Shown: positions 37,484 to 48,682 of the stretch, one piece after another
Layout of the letters: each line of letters begins with the position of its first letter
Position numbering within the stretch: position 1 is the first letter of the stretch
Translations under genes and position numbers: made by a program
From: an uncultured Pseudomonadota bacterium
GTDB lineage: Bacteria; Oederibacteriota; Muellerivitia; Muellerivitales; Muellerivitaceae
Reading direction: 5' to 3'
NCBI GenBank assembly: GCA_963770835.1
Contig: CAVYRH010000003.1
Span: 288,001 to 352,000, forward strand
DNA: 64,000 nucleotides
Notes under the pieces: model-generated
Seen by the model: the letters and a program-made list of their open reading frames with translations, nothing else
The model's database searches: none
Told to the model about the DNA's origin: nothing

Positions 37484-37867
37484 TTAAGATTCAGAGGGAG
37501 AGGATAAGGAGTAATTGGTTTCCAGAAAATGAATGTGCTCAGGGGTTACTTTCTCGAAGTTGACTCCATAAGCGAAGCGCCCCATCGATTTCATTGGGTT
37601 CTTTCGTGCCCAAACCACTTTTCCCAGGTAAATGACTGAATGGCTGCCATCGAGCGAATCTAATTCCAATGAGACGCCCGTGTTGTTGTCAATGGCTTTA
37701 TTCGAGTAAATCTGGGCCCCGGTGAAGCTGACATTAACCAATTGGGCGCGGAAAATATTACCGTCACTGGCGGTATTGGCAACCCGCCCCTTGATGGATT
37801 TGACCATCACCACTCGCCGGTTTGTCCTCTTGTTATTTTTATTTTGAGGACGAATAATTTTTTTCAT
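37484..37867 (-). CDS. Stand-alone PilZ-domain protein
   Basis: RxxxR (KRTNRR) and NxSxxG (NVSFTG) c-di-GMP motifs; GKVVW...YGVNF. Confidence 0.85.
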   Translation of the reverse strand: MKKIIRPQNKNNKRTNRRVVMVKSIKGRVANTASDGNIFRAQLVNVSFTGAQIYSNKAIDNNTGVSLELDSLDGSHSVIYLGKVVWARKNPMKSMGRFAYGVNFEKVTPEHIHFLETNYSLSSPSES

Positions 37868-37992
37868 TAAGGAATTTTCCCTTCAAGATTTGGCGGCTTT
37901 CTTAGCATAACATCACCATCCGGGCTTGCGGCAACAAAACGGTTTTTAAGGAATAAGTCGAAACGGTAAAAAAATAGCAAGGATTAGCTGGC

Positions 37993-39468
37993 ATGTCAAA
38001 GGTTCGAGTCAGATTCGCTCCAAGTCCTACCGGGTACCTTCATGTGGGAGGGGCCCGAACGGCATTATTTAACTGGCTTTTTGCGCGCCACCATGGCGGA
38101 AAATTCATTCTTCGCGTCGAGGACACGGACCGGGAAAGATCCAAGCCCGAATATGAGGAAGCTATTATCCGGGACCTTCAATGGTTGGGCCTCGATTGGG
38201 ACGAAGGACCTTCCTTGGGAGGAACTTTTGGGCCTTACCGTCAGACGGAACGTGGACCCCTTTATCGCGAACAGTTAAAAAAGCTTATCAATTCGGGTCA
38301 CGCCTATCCTTGTTTTTGTACTTATAAAGAACTGGAGGGCGAGAGACACAATGCCCAGGCCCTGGGCAAAAACTATCGTTATTCTGGGAAGTGTCGGAAC
38401 CTTACGGAGGAAGAAGCGGAAACAAAACGGAAAGCGGGAATGCCCTTTTCCGTCCGCCTCAAGATCCTAGAGGGGGTGACGACTTTCTCCGACATCATTC
38501 GAGGCGTTGTGACGGTTGATCACTCGGAAATCGACGACTTCATCCTGGTGCGAAGTGGCGGGGAACCAACATATAATTTCGTGGCGACTGTGGATGACGC
38601 GTTAATGGAAATGACCCATGTCATTCGCGGAGACGACCACCTTTCCAACACCCCCAAACAAATCCTCGTTTATCAGGCCCTGGGCCTGACGCCACCCCAG
38701 TTTGCCCATATTCCTTTGATCCTGGGATCCGATCGAACGCCTCTTTCTAAACGACATGGAGCCAATTCGGTAGGGGAGTTCAAACGACAAGGATATCTGC
38801 CTGAGGCGATGATGAATTATCTTGCCCTCTTGGGCTGGTCTTTCGATGGAAAAACCGACATTTTCTCGAAGGACGAGCTGATTCGCCGGTTTACCTTGGA
38901 AAGGGTCGTCAAAAGTCCGGCTTGTTTTGATTTCGAGAAGCTTCAATGGCTTAATGGCCACTACATCCGGGAAGCGGATGAAGAACGAATCTTCCAGCTC
39001 TGCTTGGAATATCTCTGGGACGCTGACGCCATTGACGCGAATTTCATGAGGGAGGGTGGTCAGGCCCTTCGAAGAATGGTGGGGACGATCAAAAACAGCT
39101 TGAAAACAATCTCGGATGTGGGGGAACAACTTACCTATTTCCTGGGAGAGGTTCATTCCTACGATCCCCAAGGATTGGCTAAATACATGACTCCTGAAAC
39201 GATCCCCCTTTTGGAACAGGTTGTTTGGATATTGGAAGAGTCGTTCGACTTCAATGCTATGAGCCTAGAGGAGAAATTGAGGAAGAAAGCCGCCGAAACC
39301 GGACACAAATTCGCCGATTTCGTGCATCCAATGCGATTGGCAATAACGGGTAAAACCACTAGTCCTAATTTGTTTGAGCTTATTGAAATATTGGGAAAAG
39401 GTCGTTGTATTGTTCGTTTGATGCGTTTTATACAATTGATTAAACATTCTGGAATTCCGGCTGTTTGA
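37993..39468 (+). CDS. gltX: Glutamate--tRNA ligase
   Basis: VRFAPSPTGYLHVGGART, LRVEDTD, THVIRGDDHLSNT, LSKRHG. Confidence 0.97.
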   Translation: MSKVRVRFAPSPTGYLHVGGARTALFNWLFARHHGGKFILRVEDTDRERSKPEYEEAIIRDLQWLGLDWDEGPSLGGTFGPYRQTERGPLYREQLKKLINSGHAYPCFCTYKELEGERHNAQALGKNYRYSGKCRNLTEEEAETKRKAGMPFSVRLKILEGVTTFSDIIRGVVTVDHSEIDDFILVRSGGEPTYNFVATVDDALMEMTHVIRGDDHLSNTPKQILVYQALGLTPPQFAHIPLILGSDRTPLSKRHGANSVGEFKRQGYLPEAMMNYLALLGWSFDGKTDIFSKDELIRRFTLERVVKSPACFDFEKLQWLNGHYIREADEERIFQLCLEYLWDADAIDANFMREGGQALRRMVGTIKNSLKTISDVGEQLTYFLGEVHSYDPQGLAKYMTPETIPLLEQVVWILEESFDFNAMSLEEKLRKKAAETGHKFADFVHPMRLAITGKTTSPNLFELIEILGKGRCIVRLMRFIQLIKHSGIPAV

Positions 39469-39605
39469 GGATAGACAGCTTATTGTGGTTCCGTTGATTT
39501 TTATGGTTGTGGGTTAAAATAGGGTTTGGGACAATTCTCGGTGTCTTCTAAAATTCAGGATGAGCGAATAAGAAAAGCACAACGGTTCTTTGAAAGGAAC
39601 AAGGC

Positions 39606-40175
39606 ATGTCCAACCAAATCATAGATTTCGTCTTTCAACGGGGGGAAAAAAAGGGACGTTTGAGGGCCGTTAGCCGGAAAGATTGGGCTCAAATCGTGGG
39701 TTGGTGGAACGATCCGGAGGTGCGTCGTCTTTTCGACGTGCATTTTGTCGACCAGACTTTCTCCGATGCGGAGAAATGGTTCGCCAAATCGGGATCTGGC
39801 GAGGATGAGAAGCCCCCGCGGTCCTTTGTTATTGAGGTCGAGGATGAAGGAAAATGGCTTCCTGTCGGCACCGCGGAATTTTACAGCGAACGCCCTTTTC
39901 ACAAGACCGCTGAGTTTGGGTTCTTGATTGGAGACAAGAAATGGTGGGGAAAAGGTATTGGAACGGAAACCGCTAAGCGCATGGTTCAATACGGCTTGGA
40001 CCAGTTGGGCTATAAGCGCATTGGTGCGGTTTCAGCCGCATATAATGTTCGTTCCCTCAACGCTCTTCAAAAAGCCGGGTTCCAAATCGAAGGAATCCGC
40101 AAGAGCTATGTTTTCCGCGATGGCGAACATCATGACCAAACGATGATGTCGATCGTCCGGCCGGATTCAAATTAG
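39606..40175 (+). CDS. GNAT acetyltransferase (RimJ/RimL-like)
   Basis: IGDKKWWGKGIGTE, NVRSLNALQKAGFQIEG. Confidence 0.9.
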   Translation: MSNQIIDFVFQRGEKKGRLRAVSRKDWAQIVGWWNDPEVRRLFDVHFVDQTFSDAEKWFAKSGSGEDEKPPRSFVIEVEDEGKWLPVGTAEFYSERPFHKTAEFGFLIGDKKWWGKGIGTETAKRMVQYGLDQLGYKRIGAVSAAYNVRSLNALQKAGFQIEGIRKSYVFRDGEHHDQTMMSIVRPDSN

Positions 40176-40296
40176 TTTTACCCTAGAAATTTGAAAATAG
40201 AGGCAGGAACTTTCAGCCCTGTCCCGTTCATTTTCTTCCATTGGAGATTTTCAGTTTTGTGTTACAATCCCCGTCTTTCCATCGTTTTTTTCTGAT

Positions 40297-40370
40297 TGGG
40301 AGATCGTCTAATGGTAGGACAGCAGATTCTGGATCTGCTTATCTTGGTTCGAATCCAAGTCTCCCAGCCA
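40297..40370 (+). tRNA. tRNA-Gln (CTG)
   Basis: Acceptor TGGGAGA/TCTCCCA plus GCCA; anticodon arm GCAGA-TTCTGGA-TCTGC; T-loop GGTTCGAATCC. The U1-A72 pair fits the GatCAB route. Confidence 0.97.
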
Positions 40371-40380
40371 ATAAACCAAT

Positions 40381-40410
40381 AAAACCCAGCTTCTCAGGAA
40401 GCTGGGTTTT
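40381..40410 (+). terminator. Intrinsic (possibly bidirectional) terminator after tRNA-Gln
   Basis: Perfect inverted repeat AAAACCCAGCTTC-TCAG-GAAGCTGGGTTTT. Confidence 0.88.
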
Positions 40411-40500
40411 ATTATTTAGGAACAGAAAACTAAAACATGTTGGGAAGCTAAAAATTAAAATCTTTTCTCTTTTTTCTTAAAGAAAACTGAAATTTTGTCC

Positions 40501-41612
40501 TCATAACCACCCATAATCCATAAGAATCTTCTGAAGCTGAGCATCGTGCGTGGATACTGGGGGAAGCCAAAGGCCCAATTAGGTCCGCTACCACCATTGC
40601 CCATTTGGGTGGTTCAAAGGAGCGAACCGGTACCGGAAAAGGCGGATTCGCAAATGGGGTGGCGTTTCACTGAGAAATGGGTTGTTCACCAAGAGAACTC
40701 AATATCCTGGATCGTTGTGGAGAGTTTCCAGGCCAAGTTGAAGACCCAGGAATATTGGGATGATTCGGACATGGTGACGAATCAGATTTGCCAGTCTTGG
40801 CGGTACTGGTAGTGCGCACAGAAGCAGAGTTTTCGATAGAGATTCCCCGGCTGGCATTTAAAATTGTAAACCTTCCAGTTCGTTTTACCGGTTAATACCT
40901 GGTCAGAGGCCCCTTCCATTACCAACTGAAGCCGTTCCCGTCCGGGCTCAAAGGCTCCGTAGGTATTCACTAAATGAAGAGGATTAAAGGAAGTATTCAT
41001 CATTTGGGAGGGGGGACGAGATTCAGAACGGGGTGATGCTAAAGAAAACACAAGGACGGTCAAAGCCCAAGGAATCTTTTGAGCAATTCGGAGGATAAGC
41101 CAACGGAAAAGCCATATGACTTGTATTGGTGGAGATGTTTTGGGAAGGGGTAGACCATCGACCAAGGGGACAAGAAAAACCGCAAGGAAGCCTGTTTCCA
41201 ACAACTGAATTTCCCGCCCCAATACCAGTCCTGTCCAACATTGACGAAAGATAAGTCGATAAGTATAGAACCTAGAGAACGATCAAAAGAATTCCATTGG
41301 TACTCCTCCAAAAAACAACCAGGGAGAGGAACGCGTCGATCCAAGCGGTGATGACCATCAGGCTGTCGGAATGGCCAAACAAAATTAGGATTGGTAAATG
41401 GGGGACAGCAGGAATTAAGGAACCCGATTCAAGTTCGACGTGAGAAAAAAAGGGAAGCGGGTATTAATCCCCTTTCTCCGATTAAAGGCTTCAATTGTTG
41501 GGCAAGTGAAAGATTAGGTGATGAAATAGACCAAGTCCAAGCGCCGCAAAATCATGAACTGGGTTGGCTGGTAGATAGGTCGGTGGGAAATTGTGTCTAA
41601 GTTTTTTTCCAT
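40501..41612 (-). pseudogene. Lipase maturation factor (LMF1-family) pseudogene
   Basis: Fragments LKPLIGERGLIP, QLLETGFLAVFL, VIWLFRWL, MNTSFNPLHLVNTYGAF, FKCQPG..DWQI*F, NNPF..FRYRF..WW*RT*LGLWLPP. Several frameshifts and stops (40782-84, 40588-90, 40579-81). Confidence 0.88.
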
Positions 41613-41913
41613 GTGTCCCAAATTTTATAATTTAGATGGGTGAAAGTAATCGTCGAACACTTTGAGTTTAATGTGAAACTTATTCTGCCCAAATAAGCGT
41701 TGATAATGAGGCTTATTTGGGGGAAAAGTGATATATTTTTCTATGTAGAAAACGCTTTTTTACCTTTCTATCAAAGCCCCGACTAAACAGGACTTTGAAC
41801 TTTACCAACACTTTACTTGCATCGTTTTTTGGTACCAGGCGGTTGAATAAATTGGAAAGAAAAATATCCCCCAAAAACAACTGGGTTAACAGCTTTAAGC
41901 GCTGAAGGGGAAA

Positions 41914-44900
41914 ATGAATTTAGACTTTAAAACTTGTTTAATAAATCTAAGAAGTTTTGACCTTTCTAAACTTCGAATAGTTTTCCTTTTGTTAATGACG
42001 TCGAGTACTTCCCCCCTGATGGCTCAAGTGCTTGGCAGTGCGAACCTTTGTCCGACTGGAGGAGGTCCGACCACCTATTCCGCGCACGCCACAACTTATA
42101 CCCTGGGTGGTACGGGAGCCTGTGGTTATCCTTCCGGATCCTTTGATCCGAATTATTACGCGGCTATTGCCGGAACCAGTAGTTACGGGGGGGATTACCA
42201 GAGCGGTGAAATTTGCGGGGCCTGCGCGGCTGCGTATTACGGCTCAAATGCCGTTACGGTAATGATTATTGATAATTGCTCTACTTGTGCTGACTCCAAC
42301 CAACTCGACCTGGGGCCTGTTGCCTTCAATGCCTTGACTGGCAATACGACGGGCGATTATGCCATCAACTGGAATTTTGTTCCGTGCCCATTGAGCCTGA
42401 TGACAGGCGATTCCTCCGGCGATATTTCCTACGAGTGGAAGCAATGCGGAAATGCGAATTATAATCCGATTCAATTTCTAGACACCTTATTTCCCATCAC
42501 GGCCGTCGGTTGGAGCACTGGCGCCACAGGCCCCTTTACCGCGCTTCAGGACGACTATAATAATGTTGGCGGGAATTCCTATTGGTCGAATGCCGGCCAA
42601 AACTTGAACGGGACTAACGGCCCCTTTTATTTTGCTGTTACGGACGCAAGAGGTGATACGGTCACATTAGGACCTATTAGCGGTACTACTTGTGGTGTCG
42701 CAGCGGCGAATGCCCAATTTAATGGTTGCGGGCCGACGGCCACGCCTACGATAACTGGGACACCCACTCGGACTGATACGCCCGGTGGCCCTCCTACCCC
42801 TACTTATACTTTTACCCCCGTCTCCAGCGGTGACTGCGTTTACGATTATGGGTCGGGTGCCGCCTGTACTTTTACCCAAAACGCCTCAATCGACAATTGC
42901 ACGACTTCCAGTAGTTCGCCTAGCACTCAAGCCATTAACCAGTTTTACGCTTATGGGGCATCGGGCGTGTCGGTTCTTTACTGCAGTGGCGACTCAGAAG
43001 GACCCAGTGGATCGGGCGCAGGAGGCGGATCCAACACGGTCAACCTTCAATGCGCTCCTCCCGCCAATGCCACCATCGTGGCGGCTTTTGTGGACGTCGT
43101 AGAATATAACGGCAACGCCAGCCCAAGCTTGGCCCCCAGCACGGGTCCTATTGTTGTTGCGGCTACCACGACAGGGGCCGGGGTGGCGTCGGGGTATGCC
43201 AATTTGTGGAATAAGTGGGACGACCCCCGGTATGGCTGGCAAGCCAGTTCTTATGGACAAACGGCCTGGAACGTTCGTTACAGCGTTCCTCTCAGCGCTA
43301 TTACTACCGGCACGACTTCCTATAGTGTTTCTTATCCCAACATTGGAAGCAATACAGTTTGGTCGGCATCGATGGTGGTGGTTTATACCATACCAGCGCC
43401 TAATGTTTGCGGCGCCATAGCTTTGGATGACGGCCTATTTTATTGGGACACCTTGGATGGGGAAGGACAGCAAGTTCTAAATGAAGGCATTACTCCCTGG
43501 GCCCCAACCTTGGACATGGGCTGTGTGGATCCCACCACGAGCTGTGCCACCAACCAGTTTTCCGTCATGGGAGGGAACCAATACGGGAGCTGCGCGAGCA
43601 ACCCAACCACCTTCCTGGACCAATTTTACGGCAATACTTCGGGAAGCGTTACCTTACAGTCCACTGCGGCCAATGAATGGAACCAGGCTACAGGGGGGCA
43701 GTGCGGAAACCTTTATGCTTTTGACGGAACCTACTCTGGGGTTCCTTTGTCAGGGACGGATAAAATGACCTGGGGGTTGGGGCAAGCCCTGGATTCGGGA
43801 GGAAAGCAAGAGTACTGGGTAAATATGCTGGCGGCCTATTGTAATGCAACTTGCATAACCCCTACCCCAACACCCACCCCATCTAAGACTCCGACACCCA
43901 CAGTACCCCCAACTTCTACCCCCACAAGAACAACTACTCAAACGGCTACATCGAGCACGACTTCGAGTGCTACTTCTACCACCACCAGGACGGCCACCCA
44001 GACGGCCACGACAACAGCCACCTCATCCACAACATCCACGGCGACTTCCAGCGCCACTTCTAGTGCTACATCCTCGGCGACAGCTTCAGCGACCACCAGC
44101 GCAACTTCCACCACCACCCGAACAGCTACCCAGACGGTTACCACAACAGCCACCTCGTCCACAACCTCCACGGCGACTTCCAGTGCCACTTCTAGTGCTA
44201 CATCCTCGGCGACAGCTTCAGCGACCACCAGCGCGACTTCCACTACTACCCGAACAGCTACCCAGACGACCACTACAACAGCTACCTCATCCACGACATC
44301 CACTTCAACGGTCACGGCCGTTGCGACCGCCACTAGTACTTCCGCAGCTACCGCTACGGCGACAGCGGTTGCTACAAGCACTGCCACATCCGTTCCCACG
44401 GCTACGGCCACTGCTATCCCAACTTCCACCAGTACCAGTACGGCAACCTCCATACCGACGAGCACTTCCACATCCACTTATTCGACAACGGCTACCGCTA
44501 CTGCCACCTCCACTTTTACCGAAACTTCGACAGCCACTTCTACCGCCACGGCGGTTCCGTCGGCCACGGCCACCAGCACCGCTACCATGACTGCAACCAA
44601 AACAATGACCGATACCCCCATTGACACCTCTACGGCAACTCAGACGGCAACCGATACGGCGACATCCACGGCCACTAATACCTTTACTGTCACGAACACG
44701 ACAACAAGCACATCCACGGCGACTGCAACCCGGACAGCTACTTCCACCAATACGGTGACGGACACCTATACACCCTCTAATACCGCGACCAATACAGCCA
44801 CAAATACAATGACGTCCACCGCAACCAACACCCATACGGCGACTAATACGGCTACCATGACGGCGACAGCCACAGCCACCAATACCTATACTTCTACTTC

Positions 44901-46704
44901 AACGGCTACCAACACAGCCACGGCAACGCCTAGCTTTACTCCCACCGATACCTTTACTGCGACTGATACCTTTACACCGACCAATACAGCCACTGATACC
45001 TTTACGACCACAAATACCGATACTTCGACGGATACAAAGACTCCCACGGATACCCCCACCGTCACCGCCACCTTTACGGCCACTTCCACGCCCACCAACA
45101 CTTATACCCCCACGAACACTCCGACTTTGACTCCCACTTGGACGTCCTCCAACACCCCCACGGAGACCGATACCTATACGGTAACCAAAACCTTCACTTT
45201 TACCTGGACGCCCACCTTCACTTTCACGCCCACCAATACCTGTACTTCCACCGCTACGGCTACACTGACTTCCACACCCACATTTACCGCTACCTCCACG
45301 GCCACAAAGACCTCGACCAATACGGCCACCGCCACAAGCACTAACACGGCCACCTTGACACCCACCGCAACAGCGACCTCCACAGCCACCTTTACCGCCA
45401 CTTCCACTTACACTTTTACACCCACTCCAGGGATTTCTATCACCAAACAGGTCTCGGAAACAGCAGCCCAGTCTGGTGATGTGGTCACCTACAGGCTGAT
45501 TCTCAACGTCGTCCAGTCTTCCGCTTCCTCGGTGACGGTGACGGATGTTTTGCCCTCCCAAATGACGTTTGAAGGGTTTGGTGCCACTCCGGCTGGCGGA
45601 ATTGCCAGCGCGGTTGGGAACAACCTGGCATGGGTCTTCCCAAGCCTGCCGGAGGGGGCCGTGACCATGACTTATCGTGCCCAAATCGCAAACTTTTTGG
45701 CCGGGGGAACGGTGTTGACCAACAACGCCCAATTGACCTATGCGGGGAACCCGGTTCCCCAGAAAGCCTCGGTAAATGTCACCATTGAGGCGGAATATAC
45801 GGTGAAGATAGGGGTGTATAACTCGGCTGGAGAGTTAGTGAAGCAAATTTACGTGAAGGAACTTTCACAACAGATCACCAATATCAGCCTGTTGCAGACG
45901 CCTACCATTACCAGCTTGCATGGGGTTGTATATGTGACCGTGGATGGGGTTCAACTCGCTTCTTGGGACGGAACGAACCAGGCGGGAGACCCGGTGAGTA
46001 ACGGTGTTTACTACGTCAAGGTGGATAACATTGATCCGAATGGGGTGGATACGAGTGTGTCGGAGACGGTGACGGTAAGCCGGTCGATCGCGAAGATCCA
46101 AGTGAACATCTACAACGAGGCTGGGGAAGTCATAAAGCATCTTTACGCCTATTCGGACGACCCAGGAAACATGAACCTGGGGGATGTGGCGTTTTCCAGC
46201 AGCGTGATCAAGCCGACGGTGGGGACGCCAACCTCCAACAGCACCAGCGATTTGACCCTGACCTTCCCGAATGGGACGACCGTGACTTGGGATGGGACCA
46301 ATGACAACGGGCAGATTGTGACCGACGGGACCTATGAAGTGGAAGTGAATTGGATGGACGGGAAGGGTGGCCAACAGGTTACCACTCATAACGTGACAGT
46401 AGAAAGAGGGAATAACTCGCCGGCGGGCGGGAACGTGTTTGCCTACCCGAATATTCTGAAGGGCGGGGCGACGTCGGTGACGGTGCAGATTAATTCGAGT
46501 CTGAGCCTGACGCTCACGGCCAGCGTGTATGACGTGGCGGGCGAGTTGGTGAAGAGGCCGGTTGTAAGCCCGGCGGGGACCGGAACGGCGCCGGTGGATG
46601 TATCGGGGCTGGCTAGCGGGCTTTATTTCATAGTGGTGGACTTAACGGACACAAACGGACATTTCATCCAGAAACAAGTGACCGAGATCGTTATCCGCAA
46701 ATAA
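41914..46704 (+). CDS. Giant secreted protein: expansin-like head, Cys-rich domain, Thr-rich stalk, DUF11, two FlgD-like domains, T9SS-type tail
   Basis: [71 protein letters not shown] and [13 protein letters not shown]...[12 protein letters not shown]. Confidence 0.88.
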   Translation: MNLDFKTCLINLRSFDLSKLRIVFLLLMTSSTSPLMAQVLGSANLCPTGGGPTTYSAHATTYTLGGTGACGYPSGSFDPNYYAAIAGTSSYGGDYQSGEICGACAAAYYGSNAVTVMIIDNCSTCADSNQLDLGPVAFNALTGNTTGDYAINWNFVPCPLSLMTGDSSGDISYEWKQCGNANYNPIQFLDTLFPITAVGWSTGATGPFTALQDDYNNVGGNSYWSNAGQNLNGTNGPFYFAVTDARGDTVTLGPISGTTCGVAAANAQFNGCGPTATPTITGTPTRTDTPGGPPTPTYTFTPVSSGDCVYDYGSGAACTFTQNASIDNCTTSSSSPSTQAINQFYAYGASGVSVLYCSGDSEGPSGSGAGGGSNTVNLQCAPPANATIVAAFVDVVEYNGNASPSLAPSTGPIVVAATTTGAGVASGYANLWNKWDDPRYGWQASSYGQTAWNVRYSVPLSAITTGTTSYSVSYPNIGSNTVWSASMVVVYTIPAPNVCGAIALDDGLFYWDTLDGEGQQVLNEGITPWAPTLDMGCVDPTTSCATNQFSVMGGNQYGSCASNPTTFLDQFYGNTSGSVTLQSTAANEWNQATGGQCGNLYAFDGTYSGVPLSGTDKMTWGLGQALDSGGKQEYWVNMLAAYCNATCITPTPTPTPSKTPTPTVPPTSTPTRTTTQTATSSTTSSATSTTTRTATQTATTTATSSTTSTATSSATSSATSSATASATTSATSTTTRTATQTVTTTATSSTTSTATSSATSSATSSATASATTSATSTTTRTATQTTTTTATSSTTSTSTVTAVATATSTSAATATATAVATSTATSVPTATATAIPTSTSTSTATSIPTSTSTSTYSTTATATATSTFTETSTATSTATAVPSATATSTATMTATKTMTDTPIDTSTATQTATDTATSTATNTFTVTNTTTSTSTATATRTATSTNTVTDTYTPSNTATNTATNTMTSTATNTHTATNTATMTATATATNTYTSTSTATNTATATPSFTPTDTFTATDTFTPTNTATDTFTTTNTDTSTDTKTPTDTPTVTATFTATSTPTNTYTPTNTPTLTPTWTSSNTPTETDTYTVTKTFTFTWTPTFTFTPTNTCTSTATATLTSTPTFTATSTATKTSTNTATATSTNTATLTPTATATSTATFTATSTYTFTPTPGISITKQVSETAAQSGDVVTYRLILNVVQSSASSVTVTDVLPSQMTFEGFGATPAGGIASAVGNNLAWVFPSLPEGAVTMTYRAQIANFLAGGTVLTNNAQLTYAGNPVPQKASVNVTIEAEYTVKIGVYNSAGELVKQIYVKELSQQITNISLLQTPTITSLHGVVYVTVDGVQLASWDGTNQAGDPVSNGVYYVKVDNIDPNGVDTSVSETVTVSRSIAKIQVNIYNEAGEVIKHLYAYSDDPGNMNLGDVAFSSSVIKPTVGTPTSNSTSDLTLTFPNGTTVTWDGTNDNGQIVTDGTYEVEVNWMDGKGGQQVTTHNVTVERGNNSPAGGNVFAYPNILKGGATSVTVQINSSLSLTLTASVYDVAGELVKRPVVSPAGTGTAPVDVSGLASGLYFIVVDLTDTNGHFIQKQVTEIVIRK
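43972..44304 (+). repeat. 132-bp (44-aa) tandem repeat, about 2.5 copies, in the Thr/Ser stalk
   Basis: Units start at 43972, 44104 and 44236 ([22 protein letters not shown]...). Confidence 0.88.
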
Positions 46705-46779
46705 TTTAACCGTTCTCCGGGACATTTACGTTTCTCCCAATGTTTGATATTCTCCTGGCATTCCATCCAAGAGAAGGAC

Positions 46780-47367
46780 ATGAAAAACCTCCGCTCTCCG
46801 ACCGTTACAATGCCTTTGTTATTTCTAATGTTTTCGTTTCCGAGGTTGATTTCTGCTCAAGAAAGTGCTGATTCATCCCATCTGAGCGAGCCGAAATTAA
46901 AACCCATTGAAATCGAGTATCACACCCTGGGGGGGCTACAATATTCCCTAGACGGAAGGCTTCTAACCCGCTATCAGGATCTCCGGAATATTGTTTTGCC
47001 GTTAGGGGATTATGAGTCGGAACGGTTATTGAAACGATCCGAATCCTCCGATGTGAATTCTCAAATTTTTGGTACGGTAGGTTTTGTAAGCTTCGTGACG
47101 GGTGTGGCGGGTTTATTGACCTCGGGTTCCAGACAGCAAACTCCTTTTTGGGTTACAGCCATCGGTGGAGGTGTTTTAATCGATGTTGGAAGTCTGTTCC
47201 AATCGGAAGCCCAGACAACGAAATTTACCTGTGTCCAACGCTACAACCGGTTCGCAAGGGGAGAAGAGCAGATACTTCCCAAGGGACCGACGGATGAAAA
47301 GTCTCTTTTAAACTTTGGCTCCGAGGACGATTCCAAGACCTCAAAAGGGGGAGAGTATCCTCAATAA
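46780..47367 (+). CDS. Hypothetical exported/membrane protein
   Basis: AAGGA RBS, signal peptide, Gly-rich hydrophobic hairpin followed by VQRYN. Confidence 0.7.
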   Translation: MKNLRSPTVTMPLLFLMFSFPRLISAQESADSSHLSEPKLKPIEIEYHTLGGLQYSLDGRLLTRYQDLRNIVLPLGDYESERLLKRSESSDVNSQIFGTVGFVSFVTGVAGLLTSGSRQQTPFWVTAIGGGVLIDVGSLFQSEAQTTKFTCVQRYNRFARGEEQILPKGPTDEKSLLNFGSEDDSKTSKGGEYPQ

Positions 47368-47478
47368 TCAGGAAACTTTTTTGCTTAAAACCTTGTATTT
47401 TCTAATAGTAACCATAAAGTCCATTAGAAATTGGGTGATATTGTGCGAGCCAAATACCAAAGGGGTTTCGATTTCAAA

Positions 47479-48078
47479 ATGATCAGGGCTTACTTTGTTT
47501 TTGCCATTGTTGCGTCAATAGCTTTAGGTTCGAAAGCATTGGCGGCTTCCAAACCCGAATCACAAGAAAAAACAAATACCCAAACTCCAATGTCCTTGGA
47601 GGATTTGGGGTTTTCCAAGGAAGATTTCCAAGCAGATCCCCAGTTTCAAAAGGAACTGGAAACCCGTTCCGATATGTTGCGAATTCACCAAACCTTGGGA
47701 CTTATTACGGCGGTGCCCATGACGACGGAGTTCGTACTCGGTATTGCCACTGCGGGGAATGTTTCCAAGGGTAGCACGAACACCACACTTCATACTACCT
47801 TGGGACTTGCAACTGTAGCTCTTTATGGGACAACGGCTTTATTCGAAATCCTGGCACCTAAACCCAAGGGGTTGAAACCAAGCGGGAACACTGAGATTCA
47901 TGAGGCACTTTCCTGGATCCATCTCCCTTTAATAGTGGTGGTACCCTTGGTGGGAGACATGATCAACGACCGTATCGCCAATAACCAACCCATTGGAAAC
48001 TTAGGAGTGGTTCATGGAGTTATGGCCACGACCCTCCTGACTTCTTATCTCGCCTCTTTAACCGTCATGACCTTTTAG
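47479..48078 (+). CDS. Membrane protein with His-bearing helices (cytochrome b561-like?)
   Basis: Signal peptide, then helices IHQTLG, LHTTLG, IHEALSWIH, VHGVMA; directly upstream of a YceI gene. Confidence 0.55.
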   Translation: MIRAYFVFAIVASIALGSKALAASKPESQEKTNTQTPMSLEDLGFSKEDFQADPQFQKELETRSDMLRIHQTLGLITAVPMTTEFVLGIATAGNVSKGSTNTTLHTTLGLATVALYGTTALFEILAPKPKGLKPSGNTEIHEALSWIHLPLIVVVPLVGDMINDRIANNQPIGNLGVVHGVMATTLLTSYLASLTVMTF

Positions 48079-48085
48079 GAGACCT

Positions 48086-48652
48086 ATGAAACGCTCTCTA
48101 GCCTGGTTTTTCGCTTTTTTAACCCCAGCATTGGCTCTTTCGGCCGGAGAAAAGGCGCAGTGGACCCTGGAAAAGTCCGAAATTAGCTATACCGTCACTC
48201 ATCCTCTCCATGTTGTGAGCGGAAAGAGTTTGTCGGCTAAAGGAAAAGGTGTATGCTATGGGGGCCATTGCGACTTTTTGGTGGCTGTCCCCGTGAAATC
48301 CTTCGATTCGGGGGATGAAAACCGCGATCTCCATATGCTGGAGGTAACTCGGGCGGGTCTTTATCCTTTGATTGAAGTCGAGGTGGAAACGCCCGAAATC
48401 CGGTCCGGCCAAAATCCGAAAACTGTGACGGCTGATTTTGAAGTTGATTTTGCAGGTCAAAAGGTTGAATACCAAAAAGTTCAATTGGATGTACAGGATT
48501 GGAAGTCCGAGGAAACCCGCATCACCGGCGGCTTTACCTTGAGCTTGAAGGCTTTTAAGATCTCCCCCCCTTCCCTTTTAACGATGCCCGTGAAGGATGA
48601 TGTTCCGGTGAAGTTAGATATGACCTGGAAGCGGACTACTTCCAGCGATTAA
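48086..48652 (+). CDS. YceI-family lipid/polyisoprenoid-binding protein
   Basis: SEISYTVTHPLHVVSG, VPVKSFDSGDENRDLHM, FKISPPSLL. Confidence 0.85.
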   Translation: MKRSLAWFFAFLTPALALSAGEKAQWTLEKSEISYTVTHPLHVVSGKSLSAKGKGVCYGGHCDFLVAVPVKSFDSGDENRDLHMLEVTRAGLYPLIEVEVETPEIRSGQNPKTVTADFEVDFAGQKVEYQKVQLDVQDWKSEETRITGGFTLSLKAFKISPPSLLTMPVKDDVPVKLDMTWKRTTSSD

Positions 48653-48682
48653 AACTATTTCATTAAGCGAGGGTTTGTTTTT

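Noticed and set aside
40241..40480. ORFs overlapping tRNA-Gln (and 55240-55434 over tRNA-Leu)
   Set aside because: Spurious frames across tRNA genes.
40501..41612. Stop-codon recoding in the LMF gene
   Set aside because: TGA, TAG and TAA all occur together with frameshifts, and neighbouring genes use these codons as normal stops. This indicates decay.
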